Shown: piece after piece, positions 57,184 to 63,438 of the stretch
How the letters are laid out: each line of letters starts with the position of its first letter
Numbering within the stretch: position 1 is the first letter of the stretch
Assembly (NCBI GenBank): GCA_027021705.1
Contig: JALUTT010000028.1
Location: forward strand, 1-63,438
Length of the DNA stretch: 63,438 bases
Direction of reading: 5' to 3'
Source: Anaerolineae bacterium
GTDB taxonomy: Bacteria > Chloroflexota > Anaerolineae > S140-20
Program-made: the position numbers and the translations under genes
Notes under the pieces: model-generated
What the model saw: only the letters and a program-made list of their open reading frames with translations
Told to the model about the DNA's origin: nothing
Databases searched by the model: none

Positions 57184-57425
57184 CAGACCGCCGACCGCCG
57201 AGCACCCGGCCGGAGGGAGGCACCGAGGATCAAGGGGCAAGGGGCAAGAGGCAAGGGGCAAGGGGCAGGAGGCAAGGGGCAGGGGTAAGGGGCAAGCGAC
57301 CAAGCGACCATCCGACCACCTGACCACCTGACCATCCGACCACCTGACCATCTGACCACCCGACCATCTGACCATCCGACCACTTGACCACCCGACCACC
57401 TGACCATCCGACCACCCGACCATCC
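57184..57425 (+). repeat. Mosaic tandem array (CAAGGGG heptamers, then about 15 GACCACCT/GACCATCC-type octamers)
   Basis: Direct reading between two divergent promoters. Confidence 0.9.
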
Positions 57426-57426
57426 G

Positions 57427-57455
57427 TTGCCCGTTCGCCCGTCCTGTTGTACAAT
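57427..57455 (+). promoter_or_regulatory. Putative promoter for the AI-2E/MFS genes
   Basis: TTGCCC-17 bp-TACAAT. Confidence 0.6.
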
Positions 57456-57504
57456 CCGCTATGACTCCCCATCCCGATAGGCTCTCGCTGTTAGGAGGAG
57501 AAAG

Positions 57505-58725
57505 GTGCAACGCGAGCACGCCACCCGTACCCTGATCCTGCTGGGCATCCTCTCGGCGCTGATCTTCATCAGTGAGAAGCTGTGGAGGATCATCAGCAAC
57601 ATCTCCGACCTGGTGCTCATCTTCGCTATGGCCTGGTTGCTGGCCTTCATCCTGGGTCCCATCGCCCAATGGATGGACAAGGGCTTGGTCCCTTCGCCGG
57701 TGATCCACTTCGTCCGGCAACGGTGGGGAGAACGCCGGGCCAACCTGTTGGCAGCGTTGCGCATTCCCTACAACTTGGCGGCCGTCCTGCTCTACCTGCT
57801 CTTGCTCTTCACCCTCAGCCTGCTGGCGGTGATCCTGGTGCCGGCCATCATCGCCCAGTTGATCGAACTGGCCAACCTGGCCCCCGACTACGCCCGACGG
57901 ATCCCTGACTGGTGGCTGAGCATTGAAGATGGACTGGTCGCCCGTTTCAACGTGGATCGGGCGATGTTGGCAAAGCTGATCCCCCTCGACGAGGTGGTCC
58001 GTCGGGCTACCATCACCATCCCCGATCTGCTCCAGAATGTCATCACCTTTGTCCAGGGGATCGTGACGGGTGTGGCCAACACGCTCCTGGTGCTCGTCCT
58101 CAGCCTCTACATTATGTTGGACGGCCACCGCCTCTCCCGTCAGTTCTACGACCTGGTGCCCATCCGCTACCAGAGCGAGGTACGCTTCCTCGCCCTGACC
58201 CTGGACCGGACCTTCGGGGGGTTCCTCCGGGGTCAGGTGCTGATGGCCCTGCTCTACGGCGTGGTGGCCGGGCTGGTGATGCGCATCGCCGGCCTTGATT
58301 TCACCATCATCGGCGGGGTGCTCTCCGGCTTCCTGATGTTCATCCCCGAGCTGGGCGCTCCCCTGGCCAACCTGCTCCCGGCGCTGATGGCCTGGCTGCA
58401 GAGGCCCAGCACGGCCCTGCCCGTCTTCCTCATCCTCTTCGCCTACCAGCAGGTGCTCCTACGGGTGATCCTGCCCAAGGTGATGAGCGAGATGCTGGGC
58501 ATGCCCCCCCTGCTCATTCTGGCCTCGCTCCTGCTCAGCGCCCGGGTGATGGGCTTTTGGGGCTTCGTCTTCGGCATCCCCCTCTCCGGGGCCATCTACT
58601 CGGTGGGATTGGTCCTGCTGGGCCGCTGGAAGCGGGCTCAGGATGCGTGGGATCGAGAGATGAGGACGATGGCGAGGGCTCAGAAGCAACAGCCGCAGCC
58701 CCAACAATCAACAGAAGAGCTATGA
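57505..58725 (+). CDS. AI-2E (PerM) family transporter
   Basis: LAFILGP, GFLRGQ, FIPELG, PKVM...GMPP, GFWGFVFGIP. Confidence 0.88.
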   Translation: MQREHATRTLILLGILSALIFISEKLWRIISNISDLVLIFAMAWLLAFILGPIAQWMDKGLVPSPVIHFVRQRWGERRANLLAALRIPYNLAAVLLYLLLLFTLSLLAVILVPAIIAQLIELANLAPDYARRIPDWWLSIEDGLVARFNVDRAMLAKLIPLDEVVRRATITIPDLLQNVITFVQGIVTGVANTLLVLVLSLYIMLDGHRLSRQFYDLVPIRYQSEVRFLALTLDRTFGGFLRGQVLMALLYGVVAGLVMRIAGLDFTIIGGVLSGFLMFIPELGAPLANLLPALMAWLQRPSTALPVFLILFAYQQVLLRVILPKVMSEMLGMPPLLILASLLLSARVMGFWGFVFGIPLSGAIYSVGLVLLGRWKRAQDAWDREMRTMARAQKQQPQPQQSTEEL

Positions 58726-59879
58726 GCCGCGACAACCGCCGGGTCGCCTTCGCCCTCTTCCTGTGGGGCAGCGGTGAGGGGCTCTTCTACTACATCCAGT
58801 CCCTCTACATCGAAGCGCTGGGGGCCAACCCGGTGCAGATCGGGACGGCGCTCTCGGTGGCCGGGATGGCGGCGGCGATCTCCTTCATCCCCGCCGGCTG
58901 GCTGGCCGACCGGGTGGAGCGCAAGCGGCTGATGATGGGGGGATGGGTGCTGGGCTCCATCGCCGTCTGGGGGATGGCCCTGGCCCGGGATTGGCGGGAG
59001 TTCACGGTGGGCCTGGTCCTCTACTCCCTCTCCGCCTACTGCGTTCCGGCCATCAGCGCCTACGTGGCCCACGCCGCCGGTGGCACCCCTCTGGAGCAGG
59101 CGCTGACGACCGTCTACGCAGGCTACACCCTGGGCACCATCCTCTCGCCGACGGTGGGGGGCTGGCTGGCCGATGCGCTGGGGATGCGTTCGGTCTACTA
59201 CGGGGCCGGCCTCCTCTTCGGCCTCTCCACGCTGACGGTGAGCACGGTGGCCCCCCAGCCGGCCAGCGGGACGGCCCCACAATGGACGTGGCAGCCCTTG
59301 CTGCGGGGGGTCAGGAGCTGGTGGCCCTTCCTCCTCTGGCTCCCCCTGGCCTTCCTGGCGATGTACCTGCCCACGCCCCTCACGCCCAACTTCCTGGCCG
59401 ATACGCGGGGGATGCCGGTGGGACGGATCGGGGCGCTAGGCACGGCCTACTCCCTGGGCGCGACGGTGTTGAGCCTAGTGCTGGGCCGGCTGCCCAACCG
59501 GCGGCCCTGGGGGCTGATGCTGGCCCAGGCGCTGGTGATGGTCTCCGTGATCCTGGTCTGGCAGGGACCCCTCTGGCCGCTGCTGGCCCTGGGCTACTTC
59601 CTGCGGGGGAGCTACAGCACCGCCCGCTCCCTCTCGTCGGCCTGGTTGGGGAAGCACCTCTCCCCCACCAGTCGGGGGATCGCCTTCGGCGCGGTGGAGA
59701 CGTTGATCGCCCTGGCCCAGATGGTCGCCCCCTACCTGGCCGGCCATCTCTACGCGACCGACCCTGCCCGGCCCTTCGCCGTCGCCCTGATGCTCCTCCC
59801 CATCACCACGCTGACCACGCTGGTGGTCTCCCAAGCCCACTCCGGGCAACACCCTCTCGAGAAGCCGTCGGCCGGCTGA
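58722..59879 (+). CDS. Major facilitator superfamily transporter
   Basis: About 12 TM, GWLADRVERK motif A; ATGA overlap with upstream gene. Confidence 0.88.
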   Translation: MSRDNRRVAFALFLWGSGEGLFYYIQSLYIEALGANPVQIGTALSVAGMAAAISFIPAGWLADRVERKRLMMGGWVLGSIAVWGMALARDWREFTVGLVLYSLSAYCVPAISAYVAHAAGGTPLEQALTTVYAGYTLGTILSPTVGGWLADALGMRSVYYGAGLLFGLSTLTVSTVAPQPASGTAPQWTWQPLLRGVRSWWPFLLWLPLAFLAMYLPTPLTPNFLADTRGMPVGRIGALGTAYSLGATVLSLVLGRLPNRRPWGLMLAQALVMVSVILVWQGPLWPLLALGYFLRGSYSTARSLSSAWLGKHLSPTSRGIAFGAVETLIALAQMVAPYLAGHLYATDPARPFAVALMLLPITTLTTLVVSQAHSGQHPLEKPSAG

Positions 59880-59957
59880 CCGCCCTCCCCCCACCCGGCG
59901 GGGAACTTTCGTCGCGCAATCGTCGTCCACCCGTTGTAGACCCGTCGGTCGGTGTCG

Positions 59958-59966
59958 TGCTATAGT
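59958..59966 (+). promoter_or_regulatory. Possible extended -10 element
   Basis: TGCTATAGT just before repeat copy 6. Confidence 0.4.
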
Positions 59967-59970
59967 GGAG

Positions 59971-60032
59971 CATCCTCCCGCAGGTTCCCCTTAATGGCTG
60001 TCCCCGGGCACCGCGTGACCTGCGGGAGGATG
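59971..60032 (+). repeat. Inverted-repeat-bounded element, copy 6 (shortened subfamily A)
   Basis: 15-bp perfect IR CATCCTCCCGCAGGT; shares CCGGGCACCGCGTG with copy 3. Confidence 0.88.
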
Positions 60033-60117
60033 ACAACGGTTAGGTAGCTAGACCGCAGGACGCACCGAAGCCGGCCGATCCGCAACCCTACCAGACGCTC
60101 TCAAAGGGAGGTGTGCG

Positions 60118-63100
60118 ATGCGATCCCGGAGGATCCCTCTCCTGCTCCTCGCCGGAGCCCTTGGCCTGATGGGCACCCTGACGCTGCTGGAGGTCTTGCC
60201 GGCCGTCGCCCAGGCCGATGCCCCGCCCCCCGCCCCAACTCTGGCCCCCACGCTCCTCTCCCCCGCCATCCGGATGGCCCCTCAGCGCAACCTCACCCTC
60301 ACCCTCAGCGTGGGATTGCACAGCCGGATGGCGAGCGGAGCCACCCCCTTCCCCGATCCCGTCGCCCTGACGCTGCGCCGGGGCGATGAGGTGCTCGTCC
60401 ACACGACCGTCACCCCTTTTCCCGACGGGACCGGCGGGTACCTCTACGTCGCCACCCTGACCTGGTACGGCTCCTACAGAGGGGGCTATTCCGCAGGCAC
60501 CCTGCAACCCGGCGACGTCCTGGAAGTGGTGCAGGTCGGCGAAACCCTCTCGCTCACCATCCCCACCCTGACCGCCCTGGCGGACGCGGCCACCGCGACT
60601 GTCTTCGGGCAAGCGACGCCCGGCACCTCCCTGGAGGTCCGCCTCTACGCCTCCGACAGTCCGGGGACCTTCTTCACCCAAACGGTCACCAGCACGGCGA
60701 CGGGCGACTACCGGGCCGATTGGAGCAGCGTGACGGCTTTAGCGCCCCGCGACTACGGCTACGTCGTCCAGCGGCTGGACGCCCGACGGCAAGTCTACCT
60801 GCGCTACAACGTGCCCTACCTGGAGGTCGGTCTGCAAGCCCACTATGGAACGGTCCTGCTGGCGCCGGCAACGTCCTTCACCGCCACCCTCTTCGCCCCC
60901 ACGGGCGAGACCCGGTCCACTTTCAGGCAGCACACCGACAGCCAGGGGGAGGCTACCTTCTATTTCCAAAAATCCCCCCAGGTGAGCGACACGGTGGTGG
61001 TGACGGCAGCGGGGCAGGTGGTCAGCCTCACCCTCTTCCCGCTGGAGGTCCGGCCCGACCCCAACGCGGACCGGCTGGTGGGCCAAACCCTGCCCAACCT
61101 GCGCCTACAAGCCGACCTCTACCCCGGTCCCTTGTGGGAGGACGAGGGGGCGCTGTACGGACGGCCCGGGGGAACGCCGGAGGTCAGCCGGACGGTCACG
61201 GCGACGGCCGGCGGGCAGTACACCGTCTCCCTGGCCGGCCTGGTAGACCTGGTCCCCGGTTACTACGGCGTCCTCTACGCCACCACCCCCCAGGGCTACC
61301 GGCTCTACCGCCTCTTCGCCGCCCCTTTTCTCCGGCTCCATCTCCCGGGCTACACGCTGCAAGGCCAGCTCAACGGTGGAAGCCGGGTGACGGTCACCAT
61401 TGCCGGTCCCTCGGGAATCCCCAAAGATGTCCGTTCCTTCGCCCTCGCCTCGTCGTCCCCCACCTTTCTCGACTTCTCCCCCTCTCTCGCCCTCTCCCCC
61501 GGCGACCGGATCACGCTGACCACCGACGTCGGCCGCTTGCTCACCCTGACGGTCCCTCTTCTCACCGCCCGGCTGGACCGGTCCCACAGTCAGGTGATCG
61601 GACAGGCACCGCCGGGGTCCCGTGTGCGCGTTGAGATCGGGCACTACGCCTGCGAGGGAAAGGCCTCCTACGAAGGGGGATGCCCGTTCACCCTGCTCCA
61701 GAGCCTCTGGACGACGGCGACGGTGAGCGGTCGTTACACAGTCACCTACGACAGTTCCCTCCTCGTCCAGCCCGACCTGCTCGGCCTGGTCTACGTCACC
61801 CTCCCCGGGGGCCACGAGGTCTACCGGAGCTTCCCGGTTGCGGGGGCCAAAGTCCAGGTAGGCGGACGGTGGGTTGAGACCGGCCCTTTCATCACCCGCC
61901 TCTTGCTGCGAGATGCCTCCGGGCAAGTGAAGGCCACAGCCCGGCTCGGGGGAGGATGTTCCTACAGCTACCCGCTCTGCTGGTATCTCTCCCAACCCAT
62001 CGCGCCGGGGGACCAGATCGAGATGGAGACCAGCCAGGAGACGATCACGATCTCCGTCCCCCCGCTCTCCCTGGAGGCGGACCCGGCCCACGCCCAACTG
62101 AAGGGAGTAGCCCCCCCCGGAGCAACGCTTCGGATCACCTGGCACGGGCGGGTTATCTCTCCCCACGGATGGAAGGGCCCTTACCCATACCCCGAATACC
62201 CGGTTGCCGACTGGGTGAACCGGGTGTACCAGACCGTCACCGCCACCCAGGCGGGGACTTTCACGCTGGAGCTCGAGGGGGCGACCCTGCGCCACGGTGA
62301 CTGGGGGGAGGTCCACTACACCGACGCCGAGGGTTACGAGTTCTGGGCCGCCGACTACCTCCCCGGCCTGGACCTCACCCTGGGGGACACCCAGATCACC
62401 GTGATCGCTCCGCCCGACCGCCCGATGACCCTCACCCTGTTCAGCGACTCGGGCGAGCGGCTCTACCGGACCACCGTCCAGCGCAAGGAAGGGGGATGGT
62501 GGGGAGGCCAGGCCACCGTCCGGCTGGGAAGCACCCTGCTACGGCCGGGGCAACGGGTCCAACTGACCGGCATCACGCCTACCTCTGTCCTGACCATCCC
62601 CCGATTGTCCGCCTATCTGGACCGGGATCGGAAGCTCCTCCGAGGGGAGGCCCCCATTGGGGCCCGGCTACGGGTGGGGATTCAGGACAACGAGTGGACG
62701 GTGACGGCCACCACCGGCACGTATCAAGTGGACTTGACGGAGGTGGCGCTCACGGCCGAGACGGGGGGGCAGGTGCTCTACGAGAGCGACAGCGGGGACG
62801 CAGTACGCCTCGACTTCTTCGCTCCTCAACTCTGGACAAAACTGGGGAAGTCCTGCGTGGGTGGAAGGATGCCGGCGGTTGGGGAACCCGTCACCGTGAC
62901 CCTCCGGGGGGCTCAGGGGGGGATCAAGGCCCAAGCCATCATCACCCCCTCCCAATGGACCCTCAGCTTTTTCCAATGCTGGCCCGAGATCACCGTGGGA
63001 GGGGGGGATCAGGTGGAGATGGCAGGCACCGATTACCGCTACACGATGACCGTCCCATCGCTGACGGCCCGCTTCGACCAACGAACGGGCCTGCTCAGGG

Positions 63101-63354
63101 GGACGGCCCCACCGGGAGCGTGGTTGGAGGCATTGCTCTGGAGACGGGACAACGGTGGCCTCTATGGAGCCACGCGCCACGTCCGGGCCGACGACGAGGG
63201 CATCTATGCTCTGGACTGGTCCGACCTGACCTTTCGGTCGGGCGACGAGGGGTGGATCGCCTACACCGACGAGCGGGGCAACAGGACGATGCTTGGCTTC
63301 ACCATACCCTACTACTGGTTTGTCAAGTTTGAATTTGTGGATAGAGGTGCTTGA
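60118..63354 (+). CDS. Large secreted beta-rich protein with six tandem modules of about 160 aa; C-terminus disrupted by IS
   Basis: Signal peptide ending AQA; recurring motif P.L.A..D......G.APPG ... TAT..G.Y. Confidence 0.8.
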   Translation: MRSRRIPLLLLAGALGLMGTLTLLEVLPAVAQADAPPPAPTLAPTLLSPAIRMAPQRNLTLTLSVGLHSRMASGATPFPDPVALTLRRGDEVLVHTTVTPFPDGTGGYLYVATLTWYGSYRGGYSAGTLQPGDVLEVVQVGETLSLTIPTLTALADAATATVFGQATPGTSLEVRLYASDSPGTFFTQTVTSTATGDYRADWSSVTALAPRDYGYVVQRLDARRQVYLRYNVPYLEVGLQAHYGTVLLAPATSFTATLFAPTGETRSTFRQHTDSQGEATFYFQKSPQVSDTVVVTAAGQVVSLTLFPLEVRPDPNADRLVGQTLPNLRLQADLYPGPLWEDEGALYGRPGGTPEVSRTVTATAGGQYTVSLAGLVDLVPGYYGVLYATTPQGYRLYRLFAAPFLRLHLPGYTLQGQLNGGSRVTVTIAGPSGIPKDVRSFALASSSPTFLDFSPSLALSPGDRITLTTDVGRLLTLTVPLLTARLDRSHSQVIGQAPPGSRVRVEIGHYACEGKASYEGGCPFTLLQSLWTTATVSGRYTVTYDSSLLVQPDLLGLVYVTLPGGHEVYRSFPVAGAKVQVGGRWVETGPFITRLLLRDASGQVKATARLGGGCSYSYPLCWYLSQPIAPGDQIEMETSQETITISVPPLSLEADPAHAQLKGVAPPGATLRITWHGRVISPHGWKGPYPYPEYPVADWVNRVYQTVTATQAGTFTLELEGATLRHGDWGEVHYTDAEGYEFWAADYLPGLDLTLGDTQITVIAPPDRPMTLTLFSDSGERLYRTTVQRKEGGWWGGQATVRLGSTLLRPGQRVQLTGITPTSVLTIPRLSAYLDRDRKLLRGEAPIGARLRVGIQDNEWTVTATTGTYQVDLTEVALTAETGGQVLYESDSGDAVRLDFFAPQLWTKLGKSCVGGRMPAVGEPVTVTLRGAQGGIKAQAIITPSQWTLSFFQCWPEITVGGGDQVEMAGTDYRYTMTVPSLTARFDQRTGLLRGTAPPGAWLEALLWRRDNGGLYGATRHVRADDEGIYALDWSDLTFRSGDEGWIAYTDERGNRTMLGFTIPYYWFVKFEFVDRGA

Positions 63355-63438
63355 GCCGAATACGGGCATCTTCGGTTGTGAACTGCCAATCCACCTGCTT
63401 CTGAGAAGCGTTCCGCTCGCTATACCAGGCCCGTGTCT
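63313..63438 (-). mobile_element. End of an IS630-family insertion sequence (partial)
   Basis: Transposase C-terminus on the minus strand, element end next to TA (63313-63314), abrupt drop in GC. Confidence 0.8.
63323..63436 (-). CDS. IS630-family transposase, C-terminal fragment (5' part outside window)
   Basis: Manual translation TRAWYSERNASQKQVDWQFTTEDARIRLKHLYPQIQT* matches the recalled WQFTT.DAR.KL..LYP tail of IS630 transposases; not in the ORF track. Confidence 0.82.
   Translation of the reverse strand, partial: TRAWYSERNASQKQVDWQFTTEDARIRLKHLYPQIQT

Noticed and set aside
57037..57472. ORFs with periodic WSDGQVV or CPLPLAS peptides
   Set aside because: Translation artefacts of the 7-8-mer DNA arrays

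Overview
High-GC bacterial chromosomal segment, most likely Chloroflexota (Anaerolineae-like; inferred from gene style, not proven). Plus strand, 1-23.8 kb: a GT4 glycosyltransferase, three NuoL/N-like membrane genes, rqcH, an AT-richer orphan DNA methyltransferase, an unusually long SecA, a compact signalling cluster (winged-HTH protein, single-domain KaiC-like ATPase, two small membrane proteins, 9-GAF histidine kinase, adenosine-deaminase-family enzyme), a split class I fumarase and an MNT-HEPN pair. Minus strand, 23.7-57 kb, in transcription order: a THEP1-type NTPase, a near-complete dcw cluster (mraZ to ftsZ, no murE, two extra membrane genes), a DegU/DegS-like pair, a GH99-like enzyme, an inositol monophosphatase, a hybrid kinase, a lipid-metabolism group with a hydrolase/acyl-CoA ligase fusion, and an O-antigen-ligase-like gene. 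Right end, plus strand: AI-2E and MFS transporters and a large six-repeat secreted protein whose C-terminus is interrupted by an IS630 element that the ORF track misses. Two non-coding repeat systems are dispersed through the window: six co-oriented elements bounded by CCTCCCGCAGGT/ACCTGC(G/A)GGAGG inverted repeats, and mosaic 7-8-mer tandem arrays. Best candidates for undescribed biology are the KaiC/membrane/GAF-kinase/deaminase cluster and the inverted-repeat family. No tRNA, rRNA or CRISPR array was seen. All calls come from motif reading by eye, with no database search.
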